Assembly: GCA_900617105.1 (NCBI GenBank)
Contig: UYFQ01000550.1
Coordinates: forward strand, 1 to 59,264
Length of the DNA stretch: 59,264 bases
Source of the DNA: Hydrurus foetidus
Taxonomy: Eukaryota
Reading direction: 5' to 3'
Below are positions 1 through 10,679 of the stretch, piece after piece (the first letter of the stretch is position 1; every line of letters begins with the position of its first letter). Both the position numbers and the translations under genes were made by a program. A model generated the notes under the pieces. That model ran no database searches and was not told where the DNA came from. It saw only the letters and a program-made list of their open reading frames with translations.

Positions 1-60
1 TGAATTTCAAAATCTTGGTCGACCACAATTCAACATCGTCGACCGTCGACAACGTCATGA

Positions 61-1625
61 TTGGTTCACCATACTATCGGTGACTCAGGTAGCCACTCTA
101 GTAGTGAAGTACTTCTGCCCAAACGGTTTGGGGGAGTGTACTTTGGCAGAGAGTTTAGCCAAATTCCCTTCCACTACCAGATCGCTAATCACGATCATGA
201 GAATGCCACATTCATTCGTTACAATGAACTTGTGAGCAACTATGAGAGGTCCAAGGGCCCTCTGACTATGACTCAGCACGCTGAGCTTATTCAGATCTTG
301 GAGAAGCGCCTAGCTAAGGGTAGTCAAATTCAACAACACCTGAGAGCAAAAGCTGCTGACACCTCACCACCCAACACGGGGACATGGTTGAAGACTATGC
401 TACGCATTGGTCAGGTTCTGGCTGAGGCTAGGTCGATGACGAACCTCATCAAAAGCTACGGCAACCCGGAGGTAGTGTACTCGTTCCCTTCATCGGCTAT
501 TCCGCCTGAGGTTGGTAAAAAAGAGACAACCAGAGCAAGTGTTAAAGCACCCTCACCTACTCCTCCCGGGACGTCTAAGTCACTTACAGCGACTGTGCGT
601 ACAACAGGCTCGTACATTCCGACTCAGCACGGACTCGCTGTCCGTGCGTCGACGGAAGTGCCGTTCGTACCGAACTTGCTAGCGTGCCGTTCGTGCGGGT
701 CTAAGTCGCACATGTTGCTTGACTGTCCCATCTTGTATTACTCCGACTCCAACACAGACCATTCGGCTGATTGGGAGGATTCTACATTGGGTATGGCTTG
801 GGCAGCGGTAGGGTTTGCAGAATGGCAACAGCATCTCGTACTCCCAGGGTACGAAGATCGCGTTCTGCTACTCCCTAAGGGTTCTAAACCCTACTTGATG
901 TCTAACGACAACAAGCGCCCCAAAAACAGCCATGGTGGCGGTAACAACCCCAATGCCTCTGGTGGTTCAGATCGTTCCAACCAGGGACAAGGGGGTATAA
1001 CCAAAACCAGGGAAACCAAGGTAACCAGGGAGGTGGTTACCATGGTTCCCATGGAGGGGGTAGAGGTAAGCAGAGGGGAGGATACAACCCTAATGCAAAC
1101 CAAAACCAGGGTCGTGGATCCGGTGGCAGGGGAAACAAATACAACCCACCACAGGGAAACAACCCTCCCTCCTCCTCAAGCTCAGGTCAGGATCAAGGTA
1201 AGAACCTTTACTCTGATGACGTGGCTGCTGTCTTTGACAATGATTCCCATAATCTGATGGATAGTCTTGTTGAAGAACAGCCACATGTAACTATTCGTGA
1301 AGAATTTTTGCATAATCCATCTGTCCTTCCTTCTCATCACCTCAACGTAACTGTTATCGTGCAGGATAAGGATAGGACTGGCCCAGCAAGCGAGCTGCGT
1401 GCCGTTGGAAGAGCCGTGCTGGACACCGCGAACTACTCGGAGGATTTTATTTCTTTTACGATGTTAGAAAAACTTAATGCTACTCACCTTTGTTACCCCG
1501 CTCCTACAGCTATCACTGTTTGTAGCGGCCTCGATGGTCAATGTTATGTAAATAACGAAATTTGCGATTTAAAATCCTTTTTCATTCTTACGATGGCGAA
1601 TGCCAGAGCATCAGCTTACCCATGA
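61..1625 (+). CDS. gag: Gag (CCHC zinc knuckle, N/Q/G-rich tail) and start of aspartic protease; frameshift near 991
   Basis: CRSCGSKSHMLLDC = CX2CX4HX4C. Shifting frame at the G-run 991-995 gives YNQNQGNQGNQGGG...KYNPPQG, continuous with the 1221..1625 ORF. Protease-like AVLDTA..DFIS. Confidence 0.85.
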
Positions 1626-1899
1626 GGGTAAATAGAAAACCGAAATTGAAATTTTGTTTAGCCGTAAGACGGTAAATAAATATGATTTTTGGTCTTTAAC
1701 TCCGTTGCTTTCGGCATATCGCCAGAACTTAGCGCGGAGAACAAAAGAAAAGCGATGCGCGCAAACGCGACTTCGATAAGAAGGAAGCTTTGTTGAAACT
1801 TGATCCCATGTATCAACATAAGTATACGCGTCAAATGATAGCGTTGGGTGCCGAACCAGATACAACGAAGTCGAGTCTATCACGCCTCATTATGACAAG

Positions 1900-4800
1900 T
1901 TGAAATATCCAGGCGGTAAACCTGCCTCTAAAAAGAGGGTTACATATGGTGTACAAGAGTACCCATATAAGAAGAGCGTTTTGCTTGGTCAATCTTCTTC
2001 GAAGAGCAACGTCTCCTGTGTCCATTCAATGTCGACATGTAACGATACCCAAAAGGATATTGAGGGAGTAGCTACCCAAAATTCCTGTGGTGATGTAAGT
2101 TGTGAGCGACTGAATAGTGTCACTCCTATTCTCGCAAAACGTACGGGTGATACACCGCACCTAGGTGGCGACCAGATTCCCACCCTTACACATACCTTTG
2201 GGGATTCTGATACCCCCGACTATGTCACTGAGCCTTTATGGCCCAGTGGTGTCGCACTCTCAGTTGACGAGATTGACGATGGCAAGATAGACACGTTCGC
2301 ACCCTTCTTAGCTGAGAAGCCTAGTCGAGATGACTTGCAGAGGAAGCTCCGAGAGCTCTGTTCTGAATATTCAGACATCTTTAGTGATCAGTTAGCTGAG
2401 AAACCAGCGTCACTCAAACCTTTTGAGATTAACATTCCCCTTGAGTTGTGGGAAAAAGACGAAAACCGTACGCCGGTACGTCCCCAGTCATCGACTAAGG
2501 AGGTTGCTCTTAAGGAGAATCTCGATGAGATGCTTGCGTCGGGAGTTATAGAGCGGTCAGATGCTGCTTATTACAGTCATCCTGTAATCGTAACTAAGTC
2601 ACCCGGTAAATTTCGAACCTGCATCGATTACCGGCCACTTAATAAGTGCCTGACTCCCGCCTCTTTTCCCCTGCCGAATATCAAACATCTTTTTGAGAGG
2701 ATCGGTAATAAAAAACCGGATATCTTTGGTGTGATGGATTTAACCGCGGGTTACCATCAAGCACCGTTACACCCCGCACACCGCATATTCACAGCGTTTA
2801 TATGCTTTGCGGGGTTTTTCAGTTCACGAGACTGCCCTTTGGTCCGTGTCGTGCCCCCTCTTACTTTCAAGAGCAGATGGTAACGGCGGTCCTCTATGGC
2901 CTTATCTATCATTGTTGTGAGATGTATCTCGACGATTGCATAGTATATGGCAAGGGTGAAGCAGAGTTTCTTAAGAACTTGAATAAAGTCTTTGAAAGAT
3001 TCAGACTTAAGGGTCTTAGACTCAAAGCAAAAAAATGCCGCTTTGGTCTACCTCGTATTGAATACGTTGGCAGAGTAGTTGACAAAGATGGTTTATCCAT
3101 GTCAAAGAGAAAATAGAAACAGTGTTAAACTTTTCTATACCTAAGAACTTAACTCTGTTAAGATCATTCTTAGGATTGGCGAATTATTTTCGACAGTTTG
3201 TACCTATGCATTCAACTTTGGTTAAACCAATGCAAGATATGATAGATCATTCTGCACCGAAACGTTCGGCCGTTGTATGGACTCAAACAGTACCAACAGC
3301 TTTCACGATACACAGATCGCGATATCTCGTTGTCCATTAATGTACTTCATTGATGACAATAAATTGGATATCAGATTATATACAGACGCGTCTGATTTTG
3401 GAATCGGCGGTGTCCTTTTCCAAGTGGTTGATACCATTTGGCAACCGATAGCTTTTATAAGCAAATCATTGACACCAACACAAATAAGGTGGTCAACTAT
3501 ACAGAAAGAAGCGTATGCTATATTCTACTGTTGTACACAACTCGATTACCTAATCAGAGATCGTACATTCACAATCTATACTGATCATTTAAATATCACG
3601 TATATGAAACAAAACCCTACCTCAATGGTAGCAAGATGGTTCATTGCAATGCAAGAACTTCATTTTACGGTTGTCTTCGTACCTGGCACGTCGAATGCCT
3701 TAGCCGACGCATTGTCGCGATTATGTCCTAACTTGACAGAAATCGCATTACCATTACGAACAACGGAATTGGAATTACTTCCAACTTCGTCGTCGTCGGT
3801 CACTGTGTCTGCTTTGACAGCTATTGACCCAGCGTCAGACGATCAGTTAGAATACATCCAAATGTGCCACAATGCGGTTGTTGGTCACAACGGTGTAGAT
3901 CGTACCCTTACTCGGTTGTTCAGTCTACAACAAGTTTGGAAAAACATGAAACAACATGTACGTACGTTCATACAGAACTGTCCGTGTTGTCAAAAGTTGA
4001 GCGCAAAAGATCCTAAGATCAATGCGTCTCACTTTGCAACGTCGAATTATGCTATCTTTGATACGCTGAATGTTGACTATATCGGTCCATTCCCAGACAA
4101 AGGTTATATCTGGTCATTATCGACACGTTCACACGTTGGACTGAACTATTTTGGTGTGTGCAGACGCAAAATCAGCGGCCGACTGCCTACTCTCTCATTT
4201 TGGCCGTTTCGGCTCGCCAAACATGATACGATCGGATCGAGGATCCCATTTCGCAAACGATTTAATTAAAGTTTTTGAATTTTCGGTGCATAATTTAACC
4301 TCGCATAGAGGGAAATGCGATTGGGAGAGTCAACAAAGGTGAATAGACACAAGGTTGGCTTGTTTTTGCAAACAGACCCTAAAATCCATCAATCCCATAC
4401 GTGCATCATTATTGATTCAGTTAATAGACGCAAAAGTTGCGCCCGCACATTTACTGTTCGGAAACAAGCTTGACTTGAATCGTGGTATTTTAACACCACA
4501 CTTAAGTGTGAATACACATTCTAGATCAACATACATTGAGGACTTGATCAGCGTTCAGGACAAGGTCCTTGATTCAGCTGTTCAAGCTTTGGTGTCAGCA
4601 GACGCTAAACACGCGGCATCAGCTAAGTGTGCGACAGTGTTCCCTATAGGGACATATGTTTTATGTCGTTACACGGATCGACCGCCTACTCGGTTACACA
4701 CTACGTGGCATGGCCCGTACCGTGTTATCTCCTACAAAGGATCCGAGTATATCCTCGCTAACCTTGTCACACACAAGGAGCGAAGTGTACATATTAAAAA

Positions 4801-5077
4801 TTTAAAAATTTTTAATTATGATTCAGAGGTCGATGTACCGGCTGACACTGCTCGTCGTGACTACATGGAATTTGTAGTGGAAAAGGTTCTTAGTCACTCA
4901 GGTGACAAAAAGAAGCCTACGACAATGTCATTCAAAGTCAAATGGCTTAATTATGATGACACTCATAATTCATGGGAGCCGTGGAAAAACCTACGGCTTT
5001 GTGAAGCACTCCATGAATACTTGAGGGACAATAAAATGAAACATTTTATCCCCAAGAATCTTGAAGCATCAGTCTAA
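1900..5077 (+). CDS. pol: Pol: reverse transcriptase, RNase H, integrase, chromodomain (multiple frameshifts in this assembly)
   Basis: RT: CIDYRPLN, MDLTAGYHQ, LPFG, YLDD. RNase H: LYTDASDFGIGGVL, QKEAYAI, TDH. IN: H-X6-H...CPCC, LNVDYIGP, RSDRGSHF, GPY. Chromodomain: EFVVEKVLSH...VKWLNYD..NSWEP. Confidence 0.95.
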
Positions 5078-5087
5078 GAAGACTGAT

Positions 5088-5184
5088 CTCGAACGTATTA
5101 TCTTTTGAAGATTTTTCCTAATTTTCCCTCGATGGAGGTTTTATGGTTTTAGTCAGTAAAAATCTGACATAATTACGTATCGAG
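5088..5184 (+). other. Putative structured cis-acting RNA element in the retrotransposon 3' UTR
   Basis: 17-nt and 25-nt blocks identical to element 2 (56554-56650, - strand), each self-pairing, enclosed by an outer stem of different sequence. Confidence 0.7.
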
Positions 5185-5375
5185 GCCTCGGGCACACGTA
5201 CTTACGTACTTGGCACCACTTTTCTCGTCGACCGACCCACCACAGTTTACATTTTGTAAATATCCTTTATTATATTTTTCATTTAAGTTTTCGTTGAATT
5301 TTCTTTTCCTTTCTTAGTTATTATTAGTTATTATATTTTTAAACGTGGTGGTCGCGTCATAGATTAGATTTCTCC

Positions 5376-5398
5376 AAAAAAGAGATAAGTGGGGGAAA
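5376..5398 (+). promoter_or_regulatory. Polypurine tract (plus-strand primer) of element 1
   Basis: AAAAAAGAGATAAGTGGGGGAAA immediately before TGTGG; element 2 has the matching AGAGATAAGTAGGGGTAG-TGTGG. Confidence 0.85.
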
Positions 5399-5598
5399 TG
5401 TGGTCGTACCGGGTATACCGGGCCTACGGGCCGTACCGGACCTTGTCACGATCCATCCGATCCTTCCACCTACAGTACACATACAGCCCTACCACGACTA
5501 GCTAGCTAGTTGCAGCCTACTCGTAGAAGTTACCTAGCTTCTAGCATAGCTGTAAACCTAAGCACCACCTACTCGTCTACCCGTCTTCTTTCCCATCA
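5399..5598 (+). repeat. 3' LTR of element 1 (~200 bp, TG...CA)
   Basis: Starts TGTGG after the PPT and ends TTCTTTCCCATCA. Shares motifs TTCCACCT, CCACGACTA, CTAGCTAGTT, AGAAGTTAC and length with the element 2 LTR. The partner LTR is outside the window, so the right boundary is inferred. Confidence 0.75.
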
Positions 5599-5600
5599 GG

Positions 5601-7392
5601 ACTATAGATGGAGCATATTGGGATCATGATGAGAAAAAATTCTATATCAGCCAGAAAGAAATAAAGGTTGGAGAAGAGAAAAATAACAATTACGTATCAG
5701 ATTCAAAGTACTATGTCTTAGATAAGTACTGGTTATTTTTTATCTATTACATAACGGGGGGAGGAACGCAATTCATTGGGCAAAACAACAGTCATGGAAA
5801 CTTCGTATTCCCAGAGCTTTACGACAAAGATAGCAGATCTAAAGGAGCAGCTTCAACTTATGTATCTACGATACTTAAAGATCTTATGCCTACAAAAGGC
5901 AACGAGGTGAAAGTGGTCGCACCTCTCCTGTGGGATGGCGCAGTAACAGGAACGAGTTTACGACTTGGCGCAGCGAGAATCATGGTGAGGAAAGTCAAGT
6001 TGCAAGCAGTTGTTGCAAAGACGGGCAACGATATCTCGCGAGTCTTCGGTATGGGAATACATTAATGGCGACGACTACTTGTTAGGACAAGGAACCGCTG
6101 CATTAGCCGGGTGGGCGCACCCCGAAAATCCGGTATACACTCCAACCCTAAATCCTGTACTGAACGAGGGTAACGTCAAGAAGTTCATGAATCTATGCTC
6201 CCTCTTATTTGATCACGGATTCCCTCTCACGAAAGCCCCGAACATAAAGGGACTTATCACAACAATGCTTGCAACATTCATCATGTATCTATCGGAGTTC
6301 AAAAATGACTGTTGCAGTACGTACGCAACGGTCCCTGGCCAACAGAATCAGATCTTAGCACTGTTTGAGGAAAAGATCAAAGGTATATTTACTTTTGATG
6401 AATGCTTAGTACTTGGAAGATTGATTAGAGATGAGTGGGAACAGTCCAACAGCACATCTTCTGTCCCCGACAGTGAGGGTCAGAAATTAGAGCGTATGCA
6501 GATGGAATGCCTCAAAATTCGCTCAGAAAATCGTGATTTGAGGTCCCAAGTTACCACCCTAAAGGAGGAGGTTCAGCGCACTAATACATTAGTAAACAGC
6601 CTTGATGTGAAGATATCGACAATGTTAGACCTCTTCTCGAAGCGTGGCGGTAGCGCATCAGTACCCACTCCAGTTAAGCGTCTGTACTTAGAGGAGTGCT
6701 CTTCATCACCAGTACTGAATAAGCGGGTGAGAAGTGAAGACTCGTTCAGTCAAGCTGTCGATGAATTAACGGTAGATGTGCCGTCAGTACCTAGAACTTT
6801 TGTACATCAATTTGGAATGGACAGCAATAAAGTTGCAGCGCAAGTTACATTGAGTGAGCTATTGCTCTTATCGTTTTCAAAAGGGCTAACATTTAATGCT
6901 GCGGAGAAGGGCAAAGGCACTTACCAGAACTTTCAGTGCTTTTCTGGGAATCCTCCTGTGATACTACGAGCAGATGAAGCTAGGGTGCGGAGCGCATTGA
7001 CACTGCTGTACAAACATATTGACGATGCCAGTAAAGCTGCTCTCAGTAAAAGAATGCCAAATGAGAATGTGTCGGAGTGGAATCAACACAAAAACGAGAT
7101 AGCACGTAAAGTGCAGACAAAAGTCATCGACGAGCTCAGCAAAGAGGAGTCGATCACGGCCACCAAATTAAAAGTGAAAGTGCCCAAGCTCTCTGCAAGC
7201 ACAATCAGCACTGTGATTGGACGGCATGATAAGTTCGCATCTGACAAGAGAGTACTTGCAAATGCAAATCAAAAGCTGTCCCTAACCGCTTTCTTATCAG
7301 GCCCCACATCATCATCATCAGCATCGTCGTCATCATCGTCATCATCATCGTCATCATCATCATCATCATCATCATCATCTGCGTTTGTCTAA
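5601..7392 (+). pseudogene. Crypton-like tyrosine recombinase, 5' part cut off by the Gypsy insertion, frameshift near 6035
   Basis: An unlisted open frame from 5601 reads ...NFVFPEL...VTGTSLRLGAARIM...VVAKTGND, then shifts to SSVWEYING...AALAGW. This matches the YR xSxRxG / G(H/W) / catalytic Tyr spacing and the ALxGW motif I recall from stramenopile Cryptons. A coiled coil follows. Confidence 0.7.
7308..7380 (+). repeat. (TCA/TCG)n trinucleotide repeat encoding poly-Ser at the ORF C-terminus
   Basis: Directly visible, in frame in ORF 6010..7392. Confidence 0.95.
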
Positions 7393-7900
7393 TTTATGAT
7401 CCTTCTCCCCATAATAATCACTTTCATTTTGTATCGTTTAAAGCCAAGATTATTTTTATGTAGTCGTTGATTTATTTGATGCCATTCAAAGTCTAGTTGT
7501 TGATTTATTTGAGCAGAGATTGTTTAATCTATTTGCTGTCGTTCAAAGTCAAGATTGTTGATCAGTAGCTGTTGATTCTTTAGCAGTGAATTAGCTCTTT
7601 TTTGCGTTGATTGTGGTTATACACCTTAAATAGATTATTTGGAAGTATGAAATAATTGATTAATTTTTGTGCTAATATTAAGAATACGAATTTATCGCGA
7701 AGAAAAAATTCTGTGCAGTATTCACTTCTGTTTTGCAATTTACTAAATGTTTGCAAAGACTGTACAGCCAGTCTAGCCACTACTCATCCTGTACCCGTGC
7801 ATCGGCACTCAGGAAAAGACTATAAGAGGAAGTAATAAATTGTATAGAAGATGAAAATCACCTCCAGCTACTTCGTTTCGCAGTCAAAAAGGTTCATTCC

Positions 7901-9450
7901 TTGATGAAAGAAGTTGAGAAGGAGAGATACAGAGAGGAGATGGTCAAAAAAGAAGCTGAAGCTGTGGCATTCTGCCTTGTGCGAACACCCTGTTCTACCA
8001 TTCCGCTACAAAAGCGGGGACCACAAAGCTGTAGAAGGCAAAAAAAACGCAGCGTTTACCGCAAAATTGCGTCGCAAGCACGCGGAAACAAAGAAAAAAG
8101 GAGCTCCCATTTCCACAGGACAGACCCGATTGATGACTTGATAGATGACATCTGCTGCGAAGAAAGACAACCAAAAATATCATCTCGCAAGAAGAGAAAA
8201 ACATTAGAGAGACCAGAAAATTGGGAAATCATCGCCGAGCATTACAGTCAGTGCGGAATGAGAACCACAATTCGTAATTTTCCAACAGAACTAACTTAGC
8301 GTACATCGAGATCTGCTGATCAGGCACTACGCATGTGGCTCGCAGATTGGCGGTCGAATAAGTTGATATCGGTAGTCAACAGCCGATCTCCGCCCTACGG
8401 GAATCAGATTGATCTACTGCTAGTTAAAGACGTCAAAACTAGAATTGAGGCGGGGCTCCCCATCGATGACGCTATCTTCCGTATGATGTTAGTAGACAAC
8501 CTCGAAAGTCACGGAAAGGTAGCATTGATGATTGAGAATGGAGGAAAGCTTACCTTCAATCACGGATGGGCTCATCGATTTTGGAAACGCCACAACCTAG
8601 TGTCTCGAGTTGTGACGACAAAGATGCGTATCCTGCTTGCAAATTTCAAAGTTCTAGAGGAAAACTACATTACAGTTGCCTCACATATGGTTCATCGGCA
8701 CAAAATTCCAGAGGACCTTGTGTACGGACAAGATGAAATAAACGCACAGTTTGTGTCTCGACCAAATAAGACGTGGGCGGCGAAAAGAGCAAGACGAGTC
8801 AGGCTACTAGGGGTTGGACATGAGAGACCCAAAATTACGGTTACTTTCGCTCTGAAGGAAACTGGAGATGTCGTCAGATTGCACCGTCAGATTGCACCGG
8901 CAAGGCAAAAAGATGCGAATCGCAGAAGCCACCTCGTTGTGACACCTATTACGATCATACTGAGAGTCATTGGCAGACACCAGCGACGCATATCACTCTT
9001 TTTAAGAAGGTTGTCGTCGCCGACAATGATGCTACCTTCGCCCGCTTGGGTCTACTTTCCAATCAAGAAGCTTTGGTCATCCACGATTTGCATTATTCCC
9101 ACAAGGATGCAACTGCTCATTCCTTCATGAAAGAAAACAATCTACTTTCTCACATACCTGCAACTTGTACGGACGTGATGCAGACATGCGATACCGTGGC
9201 AAACAAGCCCTTTAAGGTCGGACTCAAGGCAGCATTCCGCGATTTCCTCCACTTCCAATACTCAGCCTTTAAGAGGCTTTTCCCTGACGTCAACACGCGT
9301 GGACAATGGGATCGGAAAGTCACTATGGGGGCATTGGAAGAGGAGATAACCGGATTTGTCGCGGTTGGAATGGATGCGTTGAAGACATCAGCGATGAAGC
9401 TCTGCATCTCTGAGGCGTTTGCTCGAGACAGTCGACTGACGATCATTCGT
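7901..9450 (+). pseudogene. Decayed pogo/Tigger-type (CENP-B HTH + DDE_1) transposase
   Basis: FNHGWAHRFWKRHNL (CENP-B HTH), YGQDE, KITVTFA, VIHDLHYSHK, IPATCTDVMQTCDTVANKPFK; stops and frameshifts between ORFs 7901, 8333 and 9046. Confidence 0.85.
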
Positions 9451-9469
9451 CGACTAGTGGCATCAGAGA

Positions 9470-9857
9470 TCAGGCTGAAAGTAAGATCTCGACCCATCAA
9501 TTTCCATCAGGATAGGAATTCACGAACACGCACGATGCAGGATGTGAAGAATCCCATGGAGATCTTACCCGACGTCTTACTGCTCTTGGGATTGTTTTCA
9601 GTAATTGCGTGAACGTTGTTGTCAAGCTGCTTACTTCACTTCCAGGCGATCCTCAACAGGCATTGCACCGAGACTTTGACAAAGAAAATCGACGAGTCCC
9701 AAGATTGTCTGTATTCCATTACTCTGCTGTCATAAGTTTGGAAGAGAATACTCGTCGAATTGTTGGTCCGCTTCGTGAATCGATTTATATCCCATTGCAT
9801 TCTATGCTACTTTTTAGAGGAGACATGGTACGTGCTGGTGCTGCGTATGCAGTGTAG
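9470..9857 (+). pseudogene. 2-oxoglutarate/Fe(II) dioxygenase-like (PhyH-like) fragment
   Basis: LLTSLPGDPQQALHRDF (HxD) ... SAVISLE ... LLFRGDMVRAGAAY; the distal His position reads Arg (CGT); early stop. Confidence 0.6.
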
Positions 9858-10679
9858 TCTGGAGAGACGCCGACCTGAAGAGCACATTGAACAACCTGAT
9901 GCCATTGAACAGTAATCATTTGATGTGAGTTCTCATTGAAATTGTTTTAGTATTCCTAGTATTCTTAGTATCATACTTCGTATCGACTGTGTGATTTTGC
10001 ACCGTCTTACTTGCCAGTTACGCAAGATCAGTGACATATTAAACCATCACCTGGTAGCCATGCATTCGATGTTGTAGGGTAATGTGTCATCGCCAACTAA
10101 TCCTTCCTTAGAGTTCGAGAGATTTTTCTTCTTAAGCAGGAACGAAGAGAGTGGGAGATGAGAGGAGGTTATTGCATGACGGAGGCAGGGGAGCTTAATG
10201 GTCAGTGGAGGGTGAAATGTGACTGCTTAATGGAACGTCACTGGAGGGCGAAATGTCATTGCATGACGGAAGCTAATGTGGACGCCTTCCCAACTTGTGC
10301 TTTGGCGACTGATAAATAAGCTGTCCAAGAAAAAACTGAAGAAGTTACGAATCATGTTGCTTTTGATAACATGCATCTCTCCGATCGTCATACCTATACA
10401 GCGTTCATGAACTCAACCATTACTTCGTATAAGTGCTTCACACAAGAATCATTGCTGTGTCAAGTACTCAACTTCAGTCATTGTCGAGTGCATGAAAAGG
10501 GTATAGGCATGACGAAACGATAGGTGTATGCTACGCCATCAAACTAGGTTACCTTCGGCGTCGTAATGTTTAGTGCAGCAGGAGAACACATACCAGTAAC
10601 TCAGCAAACAATTTCAAAACTAAATGCATGCACAAATAATGCACTCGAAAGAAAAGACTAAAGCAGAATAATACTCCAG

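Larger units (their letters stand above)
1..5598 (+). mobile_element. Ty3/Gypsy LTR retrotransposon with chromodomain (chromovirus-type), element 1; 5' end lies outside the window
   Basis: Domain order Gag-PR-RT-RH-IN-chromodomain across frameshifted ORFs 61..5077, followed by a polypurine tract and a TG...CA LTR. Confidence 0.96.

Noticed and set aside
1413..1450. Non-canonical protease active site DTA instead of D(T/S)G
   Set aside because: Single copy in an error-prone region, one base from DTG; cannot be evaluated
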